Shown in pieces: positions 36,487 to 44,134 of a stretch of 44,134 bases of DNA (positions are counted from its first letter, which is position 1; the number at the start of each line of letters is the position of its first letter). The notes under the pieces are model-generated. The model had not been told where the DNA came from, did not search any database, and saw only the letters and a list, made by a program, of their open reading frames with translations. The stretch is taken from sequence record OZ035745.1; one strand, written 5' to 3'. This stretch comes from Wanchaivirus PDP110P2. The position numbers were made by a program, and so were the translations under genes.

Positions 36487-37378
36487 CATATCTAATCTAG
36501 CCGAAGCCAGAGAGGCCAGAAGGCTACAACAACCGCATCAAAGCAGCGGTAAGGGGTATGCCTTGCTGCACCGTAAAATTATGGATGTGCCGTTTTACAA
36601 GGACGCAGAAGCTGCGCATCTGTGGGTTCACTTAATCCTCAAAGCAAAGCATACGCCTGAGTATGTAATGACTGACGCAGGAGAAATTCTGGTAGGCAGA
36701 GGGAAGCTACTTGGCGGTAGAAACTCTCTGGCGTTTGAAACAGGACTCAAACCAGATCGCGTTCAGTACCTGCTTAGAAAGTTCAAAAAACTCGGCATGA
36801 TTGACTGGGTTTCACACGGTAAATTCTCAGTTTTCTCGGTAGAGAAATATGACGATTATCAGTCAAATTTTGTACCAGCAGATTACCAGCAAATTACCAC
36901 CTCAAAGCCAGCAATACCAATGCCTGCAAGCAATACTGTACCAGCAGATTACCAGCAAATTACCACAGATAAAGAATATAATAATATTATCTCTAATACT
37001 GACGTATTAGAGAGTGCCACAGCAGACAAAAAGTCTGACAAGAAAAAACCTTCCGTTAGCTGTCAGGATGTTGTCGATGCTTACCACGAAATCCTTCCTG
37101 AAGCGCCAAGAATCCGCGCACTGAATGACAAGCGTAAAAACCAGATCCGAACGTTCTGGCGCAAAGCCGGAGTGATAACCCGCCAGCTTGACGGGCATGG
37201 GTTCACGATGCAGGACTGGAGAAATTATTTGAGCTACGTAGGCGAAAATTGCCGATGGATGTTCGAAGAGCGCCCAAACCATCAGCGAGGAACCGTCTGG
37301 CACAAAAAGGGATTTGATTTCCTGCTTAACGATAATACCTACCTGAAAGTTCGTGAGGGTGAACACGATGACCGATAA
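36479..37378 (+). CDS. replication initiator (O-like) containing origin iterons
   Basis: 299-aa ORF upstream of DnaB-like helicase; internal 30-bp direct repeats and AT-rich tract. Confidence 0.65.
36871..36995 (+). repeat. origin-like iterons: two perfect 30-bp direct repeats (tgtaccagcagattaccagcaaattaccac) plus AT-rich tract
   Basis: Copies at 36871-36900 and 36937-36966, each with internal ACCAGCA/ATTACCA sub-repeats; AT-rich 36967-36995. Confidence 0.65.
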
Positions 37379-38804
37379 TTTTTATGCGCCGCCCCATAGC
37401 ATCGAGGCAGAGCAGGCGGTGATTGGTGGATTGCTTCTGGATGATGACAGCAGTGAGCGCGTCCAGAAAGTTCTGGCGATGCTGAAGCCTGATTCATTTT
37501 ACAGCCGACCACACAAAATCCTTTTCGAAGAAATAACCAGAATGCACCGGGAGCAAAAGCCAGTAGATGGCCTGACGCTTTTCGATGAACTGGAGCGTAA
37601 ATCGTTAACGGCGTCTGTTGGCGGTTTTGCTTATATCGCTGAGATCGCAAAGAACACGCCAAGCGCAGCAAACATCGTTGCCTATGCAATGCAGGTTCGT
37701 GAAACCGCAATGGAACGCTACGCCATCAACCGCATGACTGAAGCGACGGAATTGCTCTATTCCCGCAACGGAATGACTGCAACGCAGAAGTACGAAGCTA
37801 TTCAGGCGATTTTCACGCAACTGACAGACCATGCAAAAACCGGATCGCGTCGCGGCCTTCGCTCATTTGGTGAGGTCATGGAAGACTGGGTTAGCGACCT
37901 TGAGAAGCGATTTGACCCGTCAGGCGAACAGCGAGGAATGAGCACAGGGATCCCATCGCTGGACAGGATACTGTCACCGAAAGGTCTGGTGAAAGGCTCT
38001 CTGTTTGTCATTGGCGCTCGCCCTAAGATGGGGAAAACGACGCTATACAGCCAGATGGCAATCAATTGCGCAGTGCATGAGAAAAAGCCCGCTCTGATGT
38101 TCAGCCTTGAAATGCCAGGTGATCAGATACTGGAAAAACTGGTAGGGCAGAAGTCTGGTGTTAACCCGAATATTTTTTACCTTCCGGCGACAAATGACGC
38201 CGATGACGGCTATCAGGGTGATTACGATGGTGACTTCAACAGGGCGATCGAAACAGCCAATCGCTTGAGTGAAATCGACATGCTTTACATCGACGACACG
38301 CCGGGATTATCTCTGGCTCAAATCGTCAGCGAAAGCCGTCGAATCAAGCGAGAAAAAGGATGTGTTGGCATGATTCTGGTCGATTACCTGACACTAATGA
38401 CTGCTGAGAAGGCCGATCGCAACGACCTTGCTTACGGCATGATCACCAAAGGACTGAAGAACCTTGCCAAAGAGCTTGATTGCGTTGTTGTGCTTCTGAC
38501 ACAGCTTAACCGCGCACTGGAAAGCCGAACCAATAAACGCCCATTACCAAGTGACTCACGAGATACAGGGCAGATTGAACAGGATTGCGATTATTGGGTT
38601 GGGATCCATCGTGAAGGCGCTTTTGATGACAGTGTTCCACCTGGTGAAACCGAACTAATCCTTCGTCTCAATCGTCATGGCAATACCGGCACGGTGTATT
38701 GCATTCAGGCAAATGGCGCTATTTATGACACAGACCAACAGTCTGCTGAAATGCGCCGCCGTGAACGCGAGGAACCGCAATCCAAGAAGAAAGGAGGATT
38801 CTGA
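37368..38804 (+). CDS. replicative DNA helicase (DnaB family)
   Basis: Walker A GARPKMGKTT, and DnaB-like motifs; ATG 37368 overlaps O stop (frame opens at 37353). Confidence 0.85.
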   Translation: MTDNFYAPPHSIEAEQAVIGGLLLDDDSSERVQKVLAMLKPDSFYSRPHKILFEEITRMHREQKPVDGLTLFDELERKSLTASVGGFAYIAEIAKNTPSAANIVAYAMQVRETAMERYAINRMTEATELLYSRNGMTATQKYEAIQAIFTQLTDHAKTGSRRGLRSFGEVMEDWVSDLEKRFDPSGEQRGMSTGIPSLDRILSPKGLVKGSLFVIGARPKMGKTTLYSQMAINCAVHEKKPALMFSLEMPGDQILEKLVGQKSGVNPNIFYLPATNDADDGYQGDYDGDFNRAIETANRLSEIDMLYIDDTPGLSLAQIVSESRRIKREKGCVGMILVDYLTLMTAEKADRNDLAYGMITKGLKNLAKELDCVVVLLTQLNRALESRTNKRPLPSDSRDTGQIEQDCDYWVGIHREGAFDDSVPPGETELILRLNRHGNTGTVYCIQANGAIYDTDQQSAEMRRREREEPQSKKKGGF

Positions 38805-38833
38805 TGACCATCTACATCACTGAGCTAATAACA

Positions 38834-38862
38834 GGGGCTATTTACACAGTAGCCCTTTTTTA
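38834..38862 (+). terminator. rho-independent terminator after helicase gene
   Basis: gggcta-N9-tagccc followed by tttttt. Confidence 0.55.
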
Positions 38863-38888
38863 TTGGATTAAGAACGAGGGGGATCCTG

Positions 38889-39101
38889 ATGGACACCGTT
38901 AACGGAATGTGTTCAGACGCACCGCGTGCCAAAAAATGTAAGTGCGGAAAATCACCGACAATATTCGACATGGAGAACGGGTGCCAAATCTACTGCGCTA
39001 ACCACGCTGTTGTGGCGGCCGCGAATTATCGCAGTGCGGTAACGGAGTGGAATAACCTGAAATCTGTTAGAGAGGGAAGTCATGAAAAAACTAACCTTTG
39101 A
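38889..39101 (+). CDS. small Cys-rich (zinc-ribbon-like) protein
   Basis: 70-aa ORF with CKCG...C..YC motif, GAGGGGG RBS. Confidence 0.4.
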   Translation: MDTVNGMCSDAPRAKKCKCGKSPTIFDMENGCQIYCANHAVVAAANYRSAVTEWNNLKSVREGSHEKTNL

Positions 39102-39522
39102 AATTCAATCTCCAGCACATCAGCAAAACGCTATTCACGCGGTACAGCAAATTCTTCCAGACCCAACCAAACCAATCGTAGTAACCATTCAGGAACGCAA
39201 CCGCAGCTTAGACCAGAATCGAAAGCTTTGGGCTTGCCTTGGTGACGTCTCTCGTCAGGTTGAATGGCATGGTCGCTGGCTGGATGCAGAAAGCTGGAAG
39301 TGTGTGTTTACCGCAGCATTAAAGCAGCAGGATGTTGTTCCTAACCTTGCCGGGAATGGCTTTGTGGTAATAGGCCAGTCAACCAGCAGGATGCGTGTAA
39401 GCGAATTTGCGGAGCTATTAGAGCTTATACAGGCATTTGGTACAGAGCATGGCGTTAAGTGGTCAGACGAAGCGCGACTGACTCTGGAGTGGAAAGCGCG
39501 ATGGGGAGATCGGGCTGCATGA
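39082..39522 (+). CDS. ninB: NinB recombination protein
   Basis: MKKLTFEIQSPAHQQNAIHAVQQILPDPTKPIVVTIQERNRSLDQNRKLWACLGDV... matches lambda NinB as recalled. Confidence 0.9.
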   Translation: MKKLTFEIQSPAHQQNAIHAVQQILPDPTKPIVVTIQERNRSLDQNRKLWACLGDVSRQVEWHGRWLDAESWKCVFTAALKQQDVVPNLAGNGFVVIGQSTSRMRVSEFAELLELIQAFGTEHGVKWSDEARLTLEWKARWGDRAA

Positions 39523-40046
39523 CTATCAAATCAAATACGCCGGCACACGACAAGGACTGCTGGCAAACGCCGCTTTGGCTTTTTGATGCACTGGATATTG
39601 AGTTTGGATTCTGGCTGGATTCAGCTGCTAGCGACAAAAATGCTCTGTGCGCTCACTGGCTAACTGAGGCCGACGACGCGCTCAATTCTGAGTGGGTAAG
39701 TCACGGTGCAATCTGGAATAACCCACCGTACAGCAATATCAGGCCGTGGGTGGAAAAAGCCGCTGAGCAGTGCATACAACAGCGACAGACGATAGTGATG
39801 CTTGTGCCAGAGGATATGTCAGTCGGATGGTTCAGCAAGGCTCTGGAGAGTGTCGACGAAGTTCGCATTATCACTGATGGACGGATTAATTTTATCGAAC
39901 CATCGACAGGGCTGGAGAAGAAGGGAAACAGCAAAGGCTCCATGCTGCTGATTTGGCGACCGTTCATCAGTCCTCGACGGATGTTTACTACCGTATCCAA
40001 AGCGGCATTGATGGCGATCGGGCAGGGCGTCAGGAGGGCGGCATGA
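39519..40046 (+). CDS. DNA N6-adenine methyltransferase (phage Dam-like)
   Basis: ATGA overlap with ninB; motifs [13 protein letters not shown] and NPPY. Confidence 0.8.
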   Translation: MTIKSNTPAHDKDCWQTPLWLFDALDIEFGFWLDSAASDKNALCAHWLTEADDALNSEWVSHGAIWNNPPYSNIRPWVEKAAEQCIQQRQTIVMLVPEDMSVGWFSKALESVDEVRIITDGRINFIEPSTGLEKKGNSKGSMLLIWRPFISPRRMFTTVSKAALMAIGQGVRRAA

Positions 40047-40225
40047 GGCGACAGCGACGAAGCATCACCGACATCATCTGCGAAAACTGCAAATACCTTC
40101 CAACGAAACGCTCCAGAAATAAACGCAAGCCAATCCCAAAAGAATCTGACGTAAAAACCTTCAACTACACGGCTCACCTGTGGGATATCCGGTGGCTAAG
40201 ACATCGTGCGAGGAAAACAAGGTGA
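40043..40225 (+). CDS. ninE: NinE
   Basis: [53 protein letters not shown]... matches lambda NinE as recalled. Confidence 0.75.
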   Translation: MRRQRRSITDIICENCKYLPTKRSRNKRKPIPKESDVKTFNYTAHLWDIRWLRHRARKTR

Positions 40226-40392
40226 TTGACCAAAATCGAAGTTACGAACAAGAAAGCGTCGAGCGGGCTTTAACGTGCGCTAACTGCGGTCAGAAGCTGC
40301 ATGTGCTGGAAGTTCACGTGTGTGAGCACTGCTGCGCAGAACTGATGAGCGATCCGAATAGCTCAATGCACGAGGAAGAAGATTATGGCTAA
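40222..40392 (+). CDS. ninF: NinF
   Basis: From GTG 40222: [53 protein letters not shown] matches lambda NinF as recalled. Confidence 0.7.
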   Translation: MIDQNRSYEQESVERALTCANCGQKLHVLEVHVCEHCCAELMSDPNSSMHEEEDYG

Positions 40393-40990
40393 ACCAGCGC
40401 GAAGGAAATGCAAAATATGCAAGGAATGGTTTCACCCGGCATTCTCAAATCAGTGGTGGTGCTGCCCGGAACACGGAACTCAGTTAGCACTCAAACTACA
40501 AAGTAAACAGCGAAAAAAAGCGGAAAAAGCAGCAGAGAAGAAACGACGACGAGAGGAGCAGAAACAGAAAGATAAACTTAAGATTCGAAAACTCGCCTTA
40601 AAACCCCGCAGTTACTGGATTAAACAAGCCCAACAAGCCGTAAACGCCTTCATCAGAGAAAGAGACCGCGACTTACCATGTATCTCGTGCGGAACGCTCA
40701 CGTCTGCTCAGTGGGATGCCGGGCATTACCGGACAACTGCTGCGGCACCTCAACTCCGATTTGATGAACGCAATATTCACAAGCAATGCGTGGTGTGCAA
40801 CCAGCACAAAAGCGGAAATCTCGTTCCGTATCGCGTCGAACTGATTAACCGCATCGGGCAGGAAGCAGTAGACGAAATCGAATCAAACCATAGCCGCCAT
40901 CGCTGGACTGTCGAAGAGTGCAAGGCGATCAAGGCAGAGTACCAACAGAAACTCAAAGACCTGCGAAATAGCAGAAGTGAGGCCGCATGA
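40385..40990 (+). CDS. ninG: NinG (Rap) recombination protein
   Basis: 201-aa translation matches lambda NinG as recalled ([31 protein letters not shown]...). Confidence 0.85.
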   Translation: MAKPARRKCKICKEWFHPAFSNQWWCCPEHGTQLALKLQSKQRKKAEKAAEKKRRREEQKQKDKLKIRKLALKPRSYWIKQAQQAVNAFIRERDRDLPCISCGTLTSAQWDAGHYRTTAAAPQLRFDERNIHKQCVVCNQHKSGNLVPYRVELINRIGQEAVDEIESNHSRHRWTVEECKAIKAEYQQKLKDLRNSRSEAA

Positions 40991-41193
40991 CGTTCTCAGT
41001 AAAAACCATTCCAGACATGCTCGTTGAAGCATACGGAAACCAGACAGAAGTAGCACGCAGACTGAAATGTAGTCGCTGTACGGTCAGAAAATACGTTGAT
41101 GATAAAGACGGGAAAATGCACGCCATCGTCAACGACGTTCTCATGGTTCATCGCGGATGGAGTGAAAGAGATGCGCTATTACGAAAGAATTGA
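40987..41193 (+). CDS. ninH: NinH
   Basis: 68-aa ORF in NinH position, ATGA-coupled to ninG. Confidence 0.7.
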   Translation: MTFSVKTIPDMLVEAYGNQTEVARRLKCSRCTVRKYVDDKDGKMHAIVNDVLMVHRGWSERDALLRKN

Positions 41194-41842
41194 TGGCAGC
41201 AAATACCGAAATATTTGGGTAGTTGGCGATCTGCACGGATGCTACACGAACCTGATGAAAAAACTGGAGACGATAGGATTCGACACCAAAAAAGACCTGC
41301 TTATCTCGGTTGGCGATTTGGTTGATCGCGGTACAGAGAACGTCGAATGCCTGGAATTAATCACATTCCCCTCGTTCAGAGCTGTACGTGGAAACCATGA
41401 GCAAATGATGATTGATGGCTTATCAGAGCGTGGAAACGTCAATCACTGGCTGTTTAATGGCGGTGGCTGGTTCTTTAATCTCGATTACGACAAAGAAATT
41501 CTGGCTAAAGCTCTTGCCCATAAAGCAGATGAACTTCCGTTAATCATTGAACTGGTGAGTAAAGGTAAAAAATATGTCATCTGCCACGCCGATTATCCTT
41601 GTGACGAATACGAATTTGGAAAGCCAGTTGATTATCAGCAGGTAATCTGGAACCGCGAACGAATCAGCAACTCACAAGACGGGGTCGTGAAAGAAATCAA
41701 AGGCGCGGACACGTTCATCTTTGGTCATACGCCAGCAGTGAAACCACTCAAATTTGCCAACCAGATGTATATCGATACTGGGGCAGTGTTCTGCGGAAAT
41801 CTCACATTGATTCAGGTACAGGGAGAAGGCGCATGGGAATAA
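41171..41842 (+). CDS. Ser/Thr protein phosphatase (NinI-like, calcineurin fold)
   Basis: From ATG 41171: motifs GDLHGC, GDLVDRG, GNHE. Confidence 0.85.
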   Translation: MRYYERIDGSKYRNIWVVGDLHGCYTNLMKKLETIGFDTKKDLLISVGDLVDRGTENVECLELITFPSFRAVRGNHEQMMIDGLSERGNVNHWLFNGGGWFFNLDYDKEILAKALAHKADELPLIIELVSKGKKYVICHADYPCDEYEFGKPVDYQQVIWNRERISNSQDGVVKEIKGADTFIFGHTPAVKPLKFANQMYIDTGAVFCGNLTLIQVQGEGAWE

Positions 41843-42351
41843 GAGAATTAAACCTCACCAAAGAGCAGCACGAGTGGCTGAATGGCTGGCTTGAACTGTG
41901 GGGGGCATGGGTTTATTCAGGTCGTCTGGAAAAGCGCATGAGCAGCGTAATAGCTAAGTTCATGGAGAGCGTAGAGCCGGGAAGAGTTATGACAAGGCCA
42001 ATGTGTAATGATGATGATGGAATGTTGATTTCTCAGGTCGTCGATTCCGTCATGTACATTGACAAGAAAGCCTTTGGCATCCTCCTCAGCTACTACGCTC
42101 ATGGTTCATCTAAGCGAGCAATTGCATCCTACTATCACGCGACTGCAAAGCCACGCAAGATGTGTGGACGTGGTGGCGAGGGATGGAGAAAACCTTCACT
42201 GGCAACCTGTAGAAACGAAATTGACGACATCCTGAAAGCGTCGTTATTTGTTTTGTACCAACCAATGCAAAATGCTTTCAAAATGCGTAAACGTGTTGAG
42301 AAAGTTAAGCATGTTGCTGTTAAAAGCCTTGACATGCAATTAGCCATTTAG
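41833..42351 (+). CDS. Q: late antiterminator Q (non-lambda type)
   Basis: 172-aa ORF at end of nin region, upstream of terminator and lysis genes; Cys-containing; assignment by position. Confidence 0.6.
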   Translation: MGIRELNLTKEQHEWLNGWLELWGAWVYSGRLEKRMSSVIAKFMESVEPGRVMTRPMCNDDDGMLISQVVDSVMYIDKKAFGILLSYYAHGSSKRAIASYYHATAKPRKMCGRGGEGWRKPSLATCRNEIDDILKASLFVLYQPMQNAFKMRKRVEKVKHVAVKSLDMQLAI

Positions 42352-42371
42352 CCATAATTAGAAGGTAAGCT

Positions 42372-42414
42372 GCCGTTAGTGACTCTTAAGTTGCAACGGT
42401 GGCTTTTTTATTTG
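42372..42414 (+). terminator. tR'-like terminator
   Basis: Imperfect hairpin ccgtt...aacgg followed by ggcttttttatttg, just downstream of Q. Confidence 0.45.
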
Positions 42415-42858
42415 CACAACAGGTAAGAGCATTGAACCCGCAGACCTGCGGAATTGGTGAAAGGTGCCGCGCAGTTCTCTTATCGTTGTGGTGAAGCTCA
42501 ATGGCGAGCTAGCAGATAGGCGATAGTGAAAATACTAGTCATGTAGCTGACCGCCGCGCGTACTGCAATCGGCAGCGCACCGATGGAAGCCGGTTCGATT
42601 CCGGCCGCCACAACCCAAACTGAGCCGTAGCCACTGGCTATCCTGAATTCATCAGTGATAGTTACGCTGCGGCCTTCTACACATGATCTTCGTGAAAGCG
42701 GGTAGCAAGATGCTGCGCTAACAACCTCATGCCGTTTTGCCCGTGCATATCGGTCACGAACAAATCTGATTACTAAACACAGTAGCCTGGATTTGTTCTA
42801 TCAGTAATCGACCTTATTCCTAATTAAATAGAGCAAATCCCCTTATTGGGGCTAAGAC

Positions 42859-43182
42859 ATGAAGATGCCAGAAAAACATGACCTGTTAGCCGCCATTCTC
42901 GCGGCAAAGGAACAAGGCATCGGGGCAATCCTTGCGTTTGCAATGGCGTACCTTCGCGGCAGATATAATGGCGGTGCGTTTACAAAAACAGTAATCGACG
43001 CAACGATGTGCGCCATTATCGCCTGGTTCATTCGTGACCTTCTCGACTTCGCCGGACTAAGTAGCAATCTCGCTTATATAACGAGCGTGTTCATCGGCTA
43101 CATCGGTACTGACTCGATTGGTTCGCTTATCAAACGCTTCGCTGCTAAAAAAGCCGGAATAGAAGATGGTGGAAATCAATAA
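42859..43182 (+). CDS. S: holin S (class I, dual-start MKM)
   Basis: 107-aa translation matches lambda S as recalled; upstream sequence taagacATGaagATG also lambda-like. Confidence 0.95.
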   Translation: MKMPEKHDLLAAILAAKEQGIGAILAFAMAYLRGRYNGGAFTKTVIDATMCAIIAWFIRDLLDFAGLSSNLAYITSVFIGYIGTDSIGSLIKRFAAKKAGIEDGGNQ

Positions 43183-43642
43183 TCAACGTAAGGCGTTCCT
43201 CGATATGCTGGCGTGGTCAGAGGGAACTGATAACGGACGTCAGAAAACCAGAAATCATGGTTATGACGTCATTGTTGGCGGAGAGCTATTCACTGATTAC
43301 TCCGATCACCCTCGCAAACTTGTCACGCTAAACCCCAAACTCAAATCAACAGCCGCCGGACGCTACCAGCTTCTTTCCCGTTGGTGGGATGCATACCGCA
43401 AGCAGCTTGGCCTGAAAGACTTCTCTCCGAAAAGCCAGGACGCAGTGGCACTGCAACAGATTAAAGAGCGTGGCGCTTTACCGATGATTGACCGCGGTGA
43501 TATTCGTCAGGCAATCGACCGTTGCAGCAATATCTGGGCTTCACTGCCGGGCGCTGGTTATGGCCAGTTCGAGCATAAGGCTGACAACCTGATTGCAAAA
43601 TTCAAAGAGGCTGGCGGAACGGTCAGAGAGATTGAGGTATGA
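43166..43642 (+). CDS. R: endolysin R (lytic transglycosylase)
   Basis: 158-aa translation matches lambda R as recalled ([35 protein letters not shown]...). Confidence 0.95.
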   Translation: MVEINNQRKAFLDMLAWSEGTDNGRQKTRNHGYDVIVGGELFTDYSDHPRKLVTLNPKLKSTAAGRYQLLSRWWDAYRKQLGLKDFSPKSQDAVALQQIKERGALPMIDRGDIRQAIDRCSNIWASLPGAGYGQFEHKADNLIAKFKEAGGTVREIEV

Positions 43643-44106
43643 GCAGAGTAACCGCGATTATCTCAGCTCTGGTTATCTGCATCATCGTTTGCCTGTCATG
43701 GGCTGTTAATCATTACCGTGATAACGCCATCGCCTACAAAGAGCAGCGCGATAACAAGGCCAGTGAACTGGAGAAGGTGAACGCCACCATTACTGACATG
43801 CAGCAGCGCCAGCGTGATGCTGATGCACTCGATGCTAAATACACGAAGGAGTTAGCCGATGCAAAAGCTGAAAATGATGCTCTGCAGCGCAAGCTTGATA
43901 ATGGTGGTCGGGTGCTCGTCAAAGGCAAGTGTCCAGTGTCAGCCGCAACCCAAACCACCGGCGCCGCCAGCATGGGCGATGATGCCACCGTCGAACTCTC
44001 TGCAGTTGCTGGACGAAACGTTCTTGGTATCCGATCCGGAATCGTCAGCGACCAAACAGCCCTGAGAGCGCTGCAGGAATACATCACCACGCAGTGCCTG
44101 AAGTAA
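43639..44106 (+). CDS. Rz: i-spanin Rz
   Basis: N-terminal TM helix and coiled coil; lambda Rz-like; overlaps R stop. Confidence 0.9.
   Translation: MSRVTAIISALVICIIVCLSWAVNHYRDNAIAYKEQRDNKASELEKVNATITDMQQRQRDADALDAKYTKELADAKAENDALQRKLDNGGRVLVKGKCPVSAATQTTGAASMGDDATVELSAVAGRNVLGIRSGIVSDQTALRALQEYITTQCLK
43859..44065 (+). CDS. Rz1: o-spanin Rz1 (embedded in Rz, +1 frame)
   Basis: Embedded ORF with lipobox-like VVGC and Pro-rich tail, resembling lambda Rz1. Confidence 0.75.
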   Translation: MQKLKMMLCSASLIMVVGCSSKASVQCQPQPKPPAPPAWAMMPPSNSLQLLDETFLVSDPESSATKQP

Positions 44107-44134
44107 GGCATTACAGAGCCACTTCCAGAGGTGG

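Noticed and set aside
42540-42616. Intact tRNA gene
   Set aside because: T-arm is perfect, but no 5' acceptor strand complementary to the 3' acceptor, no credible anticodon stem-loop, no CCA; reported only as tRNA-like fragment.

Overview
This 44.1 kb window reads as an essentially complete mosaic lambdoid temperate phage genome in virion (cos-to-cos) gene order, all inferred from reading the sequence and ORF translations without database searches. Order on the + strand: terminase small/large (30-2157), portal, head morphogenesis, scaffold-like and major capsid genes (2395-7155), head-tail connector genes, a contractile-tail-like module (sheath-like, tube-like, frameshifted chaperone, tape measure, baseplate hub/spike/J-like) (9283-19167), and a tail-fibre locus with two paralogous glycine-rich fibres and an 857-aa fibre carrying a triplicated domain plus an SGNH-esterase-like domain (19167-24860). 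Then come a lambda-type attP with core GCTTTTTTATACTAA (25161-25175), and on the - strand int and xis that match phage lambda as I recall it, followed by a leftward early operon (26601-34496) carrying a P22-like erf, an SSB-like gene, a cIII-like gene and many small unknown genes. The immunity region has an S24-type repressor divergent from a cro-like gene (34821-35891), followed by cII, an O-like initiator with internal iterons, a DnaB-like helicase, ninB, a Dam-like methyltransferase, ninE/F/G/H, a Ser/Thr phosphatase, a non-lambda Q, and lambda S-R-Rz/Rz1 lysis genes (42859-44106). The most interesting locus is a LexA-box-controlled two-gene cassette (small protein plus UmuD'-like protein, no UmuC) inserted between tail-fibre genes (23200-23817). 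Other accessory candidates are an opposite-strand DUF4236-like moron with a secreted-protein gene inside the tail module, an AT-rich overlapping ORF pair in the early operon, and tRNA-like fragments between Q and S.
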